DNA of 64,000 nt from Hydrolagus colliei (taxonomy: Eukaryota): contig CM068755.1 of assembly GCA_035084275.1 (NCBI GenBank), forward strand, positions 8,804,001 to 8,868,000, written 5' to 3'. Under the pieces are notes generated by a model. It was not told where the DNA came from, made no database searches, and was given only the letters and a program-made list of their open reading frames with translations. Every line of letters starts with the position of its first letter. The stretch's first letter is position 1. A program made the translations under genes and the position numbers. Positions 23,176 to 34,572 of this stretch are shown one piece after another.

Positions 23176-23390
23176 TCATAATAATAATAAAATAATAATA
23201 ATCCTCCTCCTTGCATTTGATATTGCGTTTATCACGTCTTCAGCACCTTTCAGCACTATGGGACGTCCTCCCATAGTGCTGAAAGGCGTGCTACAAATGT
23301 AATTTTGTTGAATTTTGTTGTTATTGTCTTTGAGACAAATTAATTGACCAAATATTTTATGGGTAAAACGTGGCAGCCAATTGAGCAAAA
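23176..23390. mobile_element. Minus-strand SINE fragment interrupted by a plus-strand L2 tail, with a perfect hairpin at the junction
   Basis: SINE tail (reverse complement) 23176-23240, 18-bp inverted repeat 23246-23286, L2 tail to about 23328, then the SINE body resumes. Confidence 0.75.
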
Positions 23391-23937
23391 CATATAGTAA
23401 TTGAATGAATGCTTGTTTTGTTATGCTTATGAAAATGAGCCAGAAGTGGTGCAGTGAGAAACTTCAATAGGAGCTCAGTTAAAATGTGATTTGGGATTAA
23501 TTTACTTGAAGTCCCCTTGTGTGTGTTCCGTCTGTCTGATCATTGGTGTTTGATTATTCTATTTGGTGAATTTCGTGATTGCAGAATCCTTTTATCTCCT
23601 TTCTTTTCTTGTCGTTCAGTCCCATCTTTGGTGAGTTTGTTTTCGTGTAACCTTCAAAAGAACTGTCAACATTTCTTTCAGCTTTATGTAACATTTCTAT
23701 TAGTTTGAGTAACTTTTGTGGGTCAACACTCGTCAGGTGGAACAACCAAAAGTAGTTCTGAATCAATGAGCTGTTGTGAAATGCCAAGGTTCAATTTATC
23801 TGATGATGATAATCCTTGATATATCACCTAATCACATTGTTGAATAAGGTAACAATTGCTAGCTCACTAAATTTTTAAAAAGTAGATGGTGCATTGCCTG
23901 TAATCTTTTTCATTAGTTCATTACATAATTACATCAT

Positions 23938-24237
23938 GGAGTCTTGTAGCTCAGTGGTTAGAGCACCCACCTTGCCAGCAAGAAACCTGGGTTCAATTCC
24001 AGGCAGGGCAAAACCTTGGACAAATTTCCTTACTTGACATGCCTGATAATAATCCTTCAAAATAAAACTGGTCACTTCAATCGATGACTGTTTGTGGGAC
24101 ACTGCTAAGCGCAATTGGCTGCCGCATTTCACCCACAAAATATACAGTCAATTCACTTTGCAGTATATTCTGTGAAGAGCTTTGAGACGTCTAGAATATG
24201 TGAAAAGTGCTATATCAGACACAAGGATTATTATAAT
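23938..24237 (+). mobile_element. Full-length tRNA-SINE, short form
   Basis: ggagtcttgtagctcagtggttagagc...gggttcaattcc...caaggattattat. Confidence 0.92.
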
Positions 24238-26909
24238 TAAGAGAACTAGTATGAATTTTGACCATTAGCCCAACCTGCATTTTATTAACCATTCACTAAT
24301 CGTATTTTTCAAAAACTGGTTTCATAAATATTTTTTGCCCTGCAAAATTACATTTGCATTGGTCAAGTTGAAAGATATTGGTGCTTAAAAGTGGAACTTT
24401 TTTCCATTGTCAGAATTATCAAATTGTCAGAATTGATTGTTAAATGGGTGCTTATTGACTACTTTCTGCCCAAATGAAAACCACCTCCTTGTGTTCTTCG
24501 GCGCACAAAATAGAATCCATTTATTCATTCCAGTTGATGATTGGACGAGTTTGTTGAATATTTTATGCAACAATTCCCTCTGGAGAATGAATATAGATGT
24601 GCTTACTTTGTGCTTACTCGTAAGTATTGATTTTAATTCTAAGATTACAGATGGATCTATAGGGTCTCTTGAATCCTGATCCATCTATTAGTTTCCACTG
24701 TTTTTCAGGCACTAATTGCTGATGCTAGTGAGTTTCTGGTTGTGTTCGTACAGGGATTTTACTCTAATTACTAATGACTAATTATTTGGACCCTAATATT
24801 TAGTGATGGATTATTCCTCCTCCATATATTTGAGCTGTTTAAACACCAGGAGCTTATGCAGTATGTTGTGAATATTCTGTTTATTGCTGAAATACTAGAT
24901 TTATTTCTCATAAGCTCACTTTATTATGCCAAACCACACTGTATTTATGATGTGTATATAGTAAAACTCAGGAGAATTGTCTACATCCATTCGCAATCAT
25001 GAACTATTGATCTGTCTGCCCTCAATTTCTGAAGCATTTAAGGGATACCATACTAGGTGTATTTGTGTGAAAATATGGTTTGTTGATGCAGTTATTGTAA
25101 TATCGAAATAAGATAAAATGATAATGCTTTTTAATAGAATTTGACAGCATAGAAAGAGGTCATTTGTCCCATCCCGTCTGTGCCGGAATATAGTTTGCAA
25201 TGAATTTTAGCATATCTTCCTGTAGAATGGATGTGTGTCCTGACACGTACAGTATTGAAATACTGAAGGCATTTTTAGAAAATGCTGGCAAGCTTCCTGC
25301 TGCTTATCCAGCTATGACTACCCTATCTGTTAGGCCTCTGGCTTGCAGGGATGGCAATAACCTGAGTGAGGAAAATTCCCAGCTCCCAGTAGTAATTATA
25401 GGATGCAGATTCATGTGAAGCAAACTAGAAATCCCAAATCGTAGTTCTAACTGAGCTTCCCCCATCCCCCCCACCCACCCCCATATTATTGTTACCCAAA
25501 TAGTTAAACAAACTGTCTAGTAAGTAATATCCTGTTGACCCAGTGAAATCTGTTGGAGCAGTGTTCCGAAGTTGACTGGGATTCTGACATTTAAATATTG
25601 GACAATAAACCCTCTGAGTACAAGACTAGGAACTCGAGAGATTTAAATGTTAAAGATTCTTTGATTTCTGCAGCATAGATCTCTCTGACCTCAGGCAGCA
25701 CCCACTTTGTGATTCCAATTAGTATAATTTTCTGTTTGCCTTTTCCTTCTGCATTGCTGTCATTGTAATGCTGATGGTATTTGTCAAGGTAAATTGAATT
25801 AATTTGGTTAAAGACACGAATCAAATAAGCTGCAAATGCACCAACCCTGATGATTCTTCAGTTGCTCTTTAAGATAATTTGATGGGGTCTGAGTGAGCTG
25901 CAGATATTTGCATTGATCAGTTCAAATGAAAGCAGATTTGATTTTTATCTACAGTGAGTTGGATGTAAACATTTCAAGCAAACAATAAATGCACTGGGGA
26001 ATAAGAAATAAAGTGAAAATCTGGAAAAACAATTGGAGATCAACATATCCGAGAAAGCTAAGCTGACGTTTTAGACATATCCCTTCATCCAAATAGAAAC
26101 AATGGACTATGAGAGCGTTTATTTCCTGACTTACTCAGAGGCATGGGCTATGCCTGTAATTTGAACTCATCAGGGAAATCCTTCTGAATGCCTAGAACTG
26201 CATTGAAATAAAATTGTTTGCCACTATTATCCTCAGGCATTGAGATCCAAGGACAATGAAGTCAATTGTAGTGTGCTCACTCCAGCCAGAACTAAGGACA
26301 GCAAATCAGAACCTGACCTGGCCTTCTGTGATCTGTACAGCTCAAATGCACACTGGGCAGGGACTTTACTAATTGAGCCTTCAGAGGAAGCTCTAACCCC
26401 TTTTTTATATGGGTAGTGGGATCTCATACGATCCACACTTTGGGGGATTTTAAGATCAAATGTGATCATTTCCAATGGGATTTCTTAATAATAATAAATA
26501 ATAAGTCTAAAGATAAAGAAACTGAGTGGAACCTCCTTCAGGTAATGAGAACAAGTCATGCATGTTTGCGGGAGCTAAGAGCGGAGTTCCCGCCAGTTGG
26601 CTTGACGTCCTTCTGGTTTGCTTATTAAGGAATCCCATCAGAAAGTACGTTATGTTAACTGTTCCTGATTTTTAAAAACTGCAAATGCTGAAAACCCCTA
26701 AGCAAATCAATCAGCAGCTGGAGGAGGAAGCTACATTAAGGTTCTGGAGGAATGTCCCACTAGACAGTTTGGCCATTGGTTTTCCTGCTGCTTTTAGAAA
26801 TCATAATTCAAGTGCAATTTTTTTCAATGTGTGTTTAACAGGACCGCGTACTGTGAATGTCTGTTTCTACAGCATACACAGAGGATCAAAGGGTCTGAAG
26901 ATGTGTTAA

Positions 26910-27330
26910 ATAATAATCCTTATTTTTATAGCACCTTGTCAACATTGAAACATCTCAACCCGACTGGAGGATCCTTCAGGTAATGGGAGGGTGTCACCAG
27001 TGATTGCTGGTAATCAGTGTAGTGACCATTTTTTAACATAGAGAAACATGCCAGCTGGCACCAAACAGCAATTTATAGCCAGCACATCGAAGGGAAAATT
27101 AATATTTTTTGAGTAGTGCTGAGGGAACTTTAAAATCCATCTGAACAGGTTGGTGGGGCTTGGGTTTGACTTGATCTGAAAGATGACACATCTGACAATG
27201 CAGACCCCTCCTCAGTATTGCTCAGTGTCCTGGCGTGTCGGCTTCTTCTGGTCGCTCAACTCAAGAACGGGAAAGCTTGAAACCATAACCATCTGATTCG
27301 GAAGCAGGAGTGCTGACTGCCCAAGCGAAC
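26910..27330 (-). mobile_element. Old Deu-domain SINE, degenerate
   Basis: aaaatccatctgaacagg...ggtttgacttgatctgaaagatgacacatctgacaatgcag...gcttgaaaccataaccatctgattc resembles the reverse complement of the 12098 copy. Confidence 0.55.
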
Positions 27331-30300
27331 GCCTTGTAACTGTGCGAGCACCATTTGGGGGCTGCAGTGCCTGTTGATGGCTCGCGGGAATCCCTGAGTA
27401 ATCAGCATCAGGACAAAAACATCTGACTTGCTAATTCGCCACAGGTCATTTCAATCTTGGTTTCATTATCGCTCTGGCAGATTGTGTTTTCACACAGACG
27501 TCCTTTGAGAGATCCTTCCCTCCTGTGAATAACATTAAGGGCTCTGCGTGTAGCGTGCTACGTGCTGAGGGAAACGTGCCTACTAATTATTATTAATCAT
27601 GATGGTGAGTAATCTGGGGTGACTGCACCTTCACATACTGAGTATTGGCAGATGAAAAATCCCACATAATAATAATAAAACCCAAAAGCCGTTCCCACTG
27701 CAGAAAATGAAGTTGAATATTATGTTTAATATGGTTAAGATTCATCAAGGGGAGATTCAATAAGCTTTAACTGTGAACAACCAGTCAAGTTATACTCACA
27801 CTTTTAACCATCGCTGGTAAGTGGCTGATAAAGAAGTAAGTTGGCTTAGGGTCTTGTTTGCATTAAGTCATATCCTTTCTGAAATATATACTGTATATAT
27901 TTTTTTTAACCTGATCCTTAATTCTTTAGTTTTGTGGAACTAATAATCTCTGATTCAAAATTTGTTTTGGTGGTTCTGCTTTTGATGCTTGGATATAGAT
28001 GTACAAGTGGAATACTGTATTACGTTTCATTTTAATACACTCTTGATCCTTCTCTCCTGGGTGTGGCTGCGACTGGCAAATCTATGCGCAGGAAAATTAT
28101 GTCTAGGGATTTCAGGCAAGTGGAGTGTGATAGTGGTTAGGAGAGAGAGAGGCAGGCCTGGCTGATGTTCCCCTCCTTGAATCTGGGACTCCACCCTGCT
28201 ATATAAATACAAGTTATTGTTGTTGTTAATGACTCAGGGCTTATAGAAATCGGCACTCTCAGCATAGTGTGGCAGTCAGTAAGGTTTACATAGTTCATTA
28301 AAATAGTTGTTGGTTTCAAGTGCTTTGTGCTTTTGGTAGAGGGTTGCTTGTGTCCACACTTGCTCTGGTAGAGAGCTTAATTGGCGAGGACATTGGCTTA
28401 GTTCTGACCCCTTGGTTTGGGGGAAGGATTGAGGGAAGGTGTTCTGGTTGGGGGTGGGGAGGAGGCATTGTGCCTCAGTGACCTGTGTCCTGGCTGATAC
28501 TCCCATTTTTTTCTGGTAAATTAATGCTTTAAAAAAAATTCTCTCTGAGAATAAAATTCAACTAGCTAGAGCACGGATGAATATATAAATATATGTACAG
28601 TGTTTGATGTTGCAGTTCCTGCTGTCAATCTTTAAAATCAGATAAATTGATGTTGACGGCACACAATCAATGCAGGTAGTGAGTGCAGAGTGTTCAAAAG
28701 AATGGATTGGCAGGTTCGTAACCCCTGAATTCTGATGATAATACTTTACACCCATAGTGTGTGTGTGTGTAATATATAATGTATATAAAACCCAAACACA
28801 ATCAACAGCAACAACAAAATTACATTTGCAAAGAACCTTTCACTTCAGGAGGACGTCCCAATCAGATGGGTTGAAGACTTAGTTTCATTCTCTTTTGGGA
28901 GTGGAGATGGGAGGCAGAATGGAGTGGAGGGGAAGGAGGAAAGAGATTGAGATGCGTGAAACTTAATAAAAGAAAGCCAAAAGCTTTTAAATGACACTAA
29001 CTATTTTTACCAATGTTTCATATTGATCTGTCTTCGTGTGTACATGCTCTGAGGTGCGGCCCTGCGTGAAAAGCGCTGTATGGATTCAAATTGTTGATGC
29101 TGTAGACATTACATTGTAAAAGACCATTTTTTAAATTTATCATTTAATTTATCATTCTAAATTATTGTGCAATTGTGCAATTACAATTCCTGCAATTGTG
29201 CAATTACAGGAAGATCAATGCTCCTTTCTTGGCCCACTGGGTTCATTCAGTGAACAAGACAGAAATATAGACTGCGAAGATTTAAAATCACAATTCACTC
29301 AGTTGGCTGTGCCTAGGTGGGTATTATAGTGTAGCTTAACACCCCAGATATGTGTGTGTGTAGGTTGTGAATGTGTTTGTATGCCATTGTAAAGATACGC
29401 TCAATTTGGGCTGTGCTGACTTTCTATCGTCATAAAGGCTGCTGCTCTTTGTGGTTTGGGATTGACACATCAAGACAGGTCGCTTGGGCTGGTTACCAGA
29501 AGGTGCCTGACCTGTGTGGAATTGTACCTAATTTGAGACAAAATCTCCAGGAAAGCAAGAGAGGTAGATTCTTGAGATCGACTACAATCTCTAACTAATC
29601 TTTTATTCTAACGATGTCTGGCTGTTTCAGTGTTGCTTGAGGATTCATCCCAGTTAGGTCTGCAAAATGCTATCAATACTGAGGCTGGTGATTTGCTTTG
29701 TAACCCTCTAGGTCATTCTAAAAGAGGATTACTGATCGCAACATCATTACTGCCGCTTCATTGAGAAATCATCCACGCTCAATTTAGTCGAGTAGCCCTG
29801 TCCCAATGTACAATGTCCTTACAGTCACTAGATTTAATCTATGGATTCCGTCATAATTGCTAAAGACTTTCTTTTGGCATAATAGATATATATTTTAGAA
29901 AAGATCATCTTTTGTGAACAAACCTTCCAGGTATTTGTTTCTTTCAAAACACCTGCTGGCTTTGTTGAATTATTCAGCAGGTTTGAGATGGAAATCCCTT
30001 GAATCCCAAGTGATGTGTGTTTTTTTTTGTGTGTGTGTGTTCTGGGTAGCCCCTTTCACCACAAATGTTCAACGTCTTCCAGGAACAGCTTTAGTTGTGT
30101 TGATATTTTGCGAAAGGATGTTTGGAATTTTTTTGAGGGGAATAGAAAAAAACCTCTGAAACATTTACGAAGCTGGCGTTGGATCATTCCAAAGTGAAAG
30201 GGGTAGATGAGGAAATTCTACTTAGAGAGACAGATTTGCATGATTGTAGTTGATTATGGTTATTGGCGATCTGTATTTCAAGCGCTGCTGTGCAGCGTGA

Positions 30301-31074
30301 GGGTTGAAGGTGGTTTATTCCCTGTCGAACACAGCTCACTTGCACATTGAAGCTATTCCAGTGTTAATTAGTCCCACGTAGACAGCATTAGCATCAGCTT
30401 CAAATGGACCTTGCATTTTCATGGCCTTTTATGAGTGCGTCCGGAGAGAAACATATAAGGGTTATGTGTGAGGCGGCAAATCCTATTTTACTTTGTTGGG
30501 TGGAACTTGTATATTATTTAAAATGGTTTAAAATGCACCAGTTTCTTTCCTTCCATCATTCATTTAGGTTCCACCGAATAAATGTATAAATAATAAATAA
30601 ATATATATCCATTTAGATAAATCATCAAATTATGAATGTGTAGTTTACACAAAAACTAAAAACTAGGAATGCAAATAAAGTATTGTCTGGAGATCTTTTA
30701 TTTTTACTTCTGGACTGACCCAAGACTTATTTGAAAATTGAAGAAATTATTTCATATGTCTGGATTATGGTTCTTTGAAGTCTTGTGCTATGGGACTCGG
30801 GTTTTTGTGTTCCTCTGAGGAATTTAATTCACAAAAGGATGGCTTCAGTACAGGAATCTAGTTTGAGAAGAGCTCATGTTTTTCTTCCAACTTCATTCAT
30901 TATATTCTACATTGAACTACATCTGAATCCAGATATGAATGCTAATTTTAAGGATATCTCAGATCACAAGGGATATGATGTCTCTCAAAGGGATGCATGA
31001 AAGATTTATTGATTCTTCTTGTCACCAATTGCCTTTGAGCTTCCTGTAGCAATCCTTTGGAGAGCCACCTGAAA

Positions 31075-31239
31075 GGAAATATGTAAGCAGTTTTCTTGCT
31101 TATCCCATTCAGCCCATCAAGCCCATTCCCTCTATATAGTTCTCTTCAAACCAACCCTGTTGTGAACTTCCTGGAAGTAAAATCCTGCACTGGGAATCCC
31201 AGAATTTCAAAAGTAGTCAAGCAAAAACATCAGAATATT
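31075..31239 (+). repeat. Local direct repeat, copy 1 (165 bp)
   Basis: Aligns end to end with 32370-32534. Confidence 0.95.
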
Positions 31240-32369
31240 CATCCTCTCCAACTCGGGCGCCATCAGTACAGAAATCATTGTCCCCGTGGAGTATTGATTT
31301 GTGAGAAGATGGTAGCATTGGCATTCTGGAAGGATTAAATCCAATTGGTCAAAGGGCCTTCATTATCTGATTTCTCATGATCCAATCTATTCCTATATAT
31401 CTCCCTTCCACCACCCCACTACTGCTCTAAAGCAATACCTATCCAGTTCCTTTTTAGAAATGGCTAATGGACAGCATCAGCAGGGGGTAGGACCCAAACA
31501 TGTGAGCTATGTTTGTTTCATCTGCACTCTGTCTGCAGAGATGTTTGTTCCGTCTTGTACTCTGTTTCCTGACTGCCTATCACAACAATCTGCGAGCAGC
31601 ACTGAGAATATCTTCCTTTTGTGTTTCCTTGATTACTGAATAATTCTGCTCACAATTTAGGAATTGATGATTACAACGATTTGCTAGCTCGAAACTCACT
31701 GCGTGCAGGTTAATGACCCACTTCACATTTTCCCTTCCTTTCAGCCTGCATTAATCTGCAGTAATCTGCAGTTGATTTGACCTACAGCCTTTGTGTTTCC
31801 GTCCTGCACAGTGAGTGAGAGAGACATCTTTCCCATTGTGTTCAGAAATGGCTACATTAAAGACAAATCAATCGAAGGAGCTTGGGTTCCTATGCATTTG
31901 ATTTTGTTTGTATTTAATGTTTTCATTTTTTTTCCTGACCTCTTTACAGAATTCTACTGTTTCTTGCAAAATACCCTCCTACTAGGAGAATGGAAAACAT
32001 CCCCTCCCCCACCGCCCCATTCAAACCTCAGGCATTGTGGCTTCAGACCCTATGGGACACAGCCAGGTCTCAGAAAATCATGCTTTATACTCCAATTAGC
32101 AAAAAGACGACTGCTTTCATAGCACCATGGAGAAGCAAGCCTCGAGGGCTTTCTGTCGTGTGTGTGTGGAAATATCCCACAAGTCTTCTGGCTGTCCACC
32201 TGTTGATGCTTCTCTGTGGGATACATGAAGGAAATGTTTTGCCCTGTTTAACACATATGATGAGGGTCTGTTGTTTATTTTCTCATCAAAAAAAATCCAA
32301 CAGAAATGCCAGCTTTGCCTATAGTTCTCGATGATATTCAGCTCTAACCTCTGGGTTAGGAAGGGAGAT

Positions 32370-32534
32370 GGAAATATGTAAGCAGTTTTCTTGTTTATCC
32401 CATTCAGCCCATCAGGCCCATTCCCTCCACAGTCCTTCCCAAACCAACCCTGTTGTGAACTTCCTGGGAGTAAAATCCTGCACTGCTGTTACCTGAATTT
32501 CAAAAGTAGTCAAGCTAAAAAACATCAGAATATT
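32370..32534 (+). repeat. Local direct repeat, copy 2
   Basis: ggaaatatgtaagcagttttcttg...aacatcagaatatt, highly similar to 31075-31239. Confidence 0.95.
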
Positions 32535-32809
32535 TAACCCAGGCTCATTCCTAAACACTATTCAGTGATAGTGTACCCACTGGAGATGTGTGTGTGTGTG
32601 GAAATTAGGTGAGGACGGGTTTTTTTTTCTGCAATCTATTAGGCTATTAATTCTCAATGTCAAGACTTGCCCAAGAGTAATGGTGACTTTGGACAAGGGA
32701 CTGTAGGATGGCTGGTATCCATGGAACCATCATTCAGTAAGGTAAATGAAGTGGAAGTGGGGGGTGTAGTGTTGGAGAAAGGGAGATCAAACCCTACATT
32801 CTCCTACAC

Positions 32810-32972
32810 CCTATATCGTCTTTCAGATTAGTTAGTAAACTGAGGTTCCGCCTGCTGGCTCAGAATGACAGTAAAGATCCAGTATCCTTGCTCAATATTG
32901 TCCAAATGAATTAGTTGTGCACCTGTATAGCTGTTTGTGGGATCTTGCTAGTGCAAATGGCCGTGACATTTA
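32810..32972 (+). mobile_element. Deu-domain SINE fragment
   Basis: gtctttcagattagttagtaaactgaggttcc...taaagatcc...gctgtttgtgggatcttgc. Confidence 0.55.
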
Positions 32973-33642
32973 CTTTCTAAAACATTACTACACTAAACTT
33001 GGCAATAAAGGTGAAGTGTTTTAAAATATTTTGTTTGATGAGGACCTGAATCAAATACAAGTATTATTTTTACTATTTCAACGTGATGAAGCACACTGAA
33101 AAGTGCAACTTCCTTAGTTGTTTCAGATAAAGCGAAGAAAGAAGGCGGGCAAGGACATGTACGTTTTGTATTGATCTGAATACTTTTCCTTAGCAACATG
33201 CTTCTGCAATTGTGTGCATGTGTAATTGTGTTTGTTGTGACAAAGGCTTTTCAACCCCTTTCATCCATTTACTAGTTAGGAATCCCTCCTTCAAGGAGTG
33301 ACCTTGATTGGGATTCAGATGATTATTGGGCCTGTGCACAGTCCTGGCCCACGTTCAGCTTTCCTTCTCCTGCAATCTCGCTCAACATGACTCTGTCAAT
33401 GAAGGTTGTCGCTAAGTACACGAACCTTAATTGGAACTCATTATCAGGCACGTGAGTGTATTCAGCACAAAGCTCTTTATGTTAGAAAATCATAAAAGCA
33501 ATTGAAAGGTTTTACAGCCTGTGGTTATATTTTCAGCAAGAGCTGGAGGTGATTTTTATACCAAGTCATGTAAGGTGTTGTACCAGAGGTTTGAAGTGAG
33601 GGGGATGGAAGCTGCTCAAGGCTGTGCCTGCTACTTGTGGTC

Positions 33643-33927
33643 GGTTACAGCTCGATAGTCCGAAGGTTCGTTCGTCCAAAAGGTTCATTAGTCCGAAGGT
33701 TCGTTAGTCCGAAGCTTCCCCTAACTCTAACCGTAACCCTAAACCTAACCCTAAACCTAACCCTATCCCTAACCCTAAGGATGGAAATGTTCGGATTAAC
33801 AAACCTTATTTCATTGTCGGTTCGGACTATCGAGCGGTAACCACGGTAACTGCCCCAGGTATAAGAAATTTGTGTGTTCGGACTATCGAACCTTCGGACT
33901 AATGAACCTTCGGACTATTGTGCCCCT
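33643..33927. mobile_element. Non-autonomous foldback-type DNA transposon with 15-bp subterminal repeats and an internal (CCCTAA)n-like tract
   Basis: 9-bp direct repeat CTTGTGGTC at 33634-33642 and 33928-33936. TAGTCCGAAGGTTC(G/A) units on the left, inverted units on the right, and ten telomere-like hexamers at 33719-33778. Confidence 0.85.
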
Positions 33928-34408
33928 CTTGTGGTCAGCCTGCACCCCCCACACCCCCCACCCCACCCCACCCACCCACCCAGCCCAAATCCAGGGACCC
34001 AGCTGCAGATTTCTGAGTGCACTGGATTCAATAAGATGGAGCAGGTGTGACTGACCCATGATGCATGAATGTAGTTACTTGAGCTTACTCCCATCTTAAC
34101 TCTGCTATTTTTTTGAACGAGTACCAACCTAATTAACTCAAACACAGTCCAGCAGCCTCAATGAGGATGACTTTGGGCCCAAAACAGATATTGACACGGC
34201 GGGGATTTTTCTGTATTGTTGTATTACATTTCATTAAAAAAAGTTACTCATAATAATCTCTGTATTTTGTACAGTGCCTTTCAGGTCAGGGGGAAATCTC
34301 AAAGTGCTTCACCGCATTTATTACAAAGTGTAGTGGAATGACCCTTTCTATCTGGGAACACAAGTGCTGTTCTGAAGTTGATTCTTTGTTTATCGTTCCT
34401 AATTTTAG

Positions 34409-34572
34409 GTGACAGAAACGCCTACCAGAACGACTGATGTGACCGGTATCTCTCCCACAAACGAGTGGCAGGTTTCACGTCCAGGGACGGAGTGCATCAG
34501 CATCATTCTCCATGGAGCAACTGACCTACCAGCGCTCTGTGATGGCTCAGTGCCTCAGCCCTTTGGGACAGC
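34409..34572 (+). CDS. CCDC33: CCDC33 coding exon 4 (VTETPTR...ECISIILHGATDLPALCDGSVPQPFGT), start of C2 domain
   Basis: Absent from the ORF track. Acceptor aattttag, phase 0 in, donor GC|GTGAGT phase 2 out. Matches recalled human [25 protein letters not shown]. Confidence 0.93.

Noticed and set aside
33719-33778. (CCCTAA)n as a chromosome-fusion or telomere-healing scar
   Set aside because: It is only ten degenerate units and is enclosed within a TSD-flanked element.
33654-33919. 15-bp periodic repeats as a CRISPR-like array
   Set aside because: There are no unique spacers or cas genes, the context is vertebrate, and the units are inverted at the other end as transposon subterminal repeats.
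10622-34408. A nested protein-coding gene in the 23.8-kb intron
   Set aside because: Only short ORFs without recognisable domains or consistent splice phases, and the longer ones are repeat-derived. Small exons could still have been missed.
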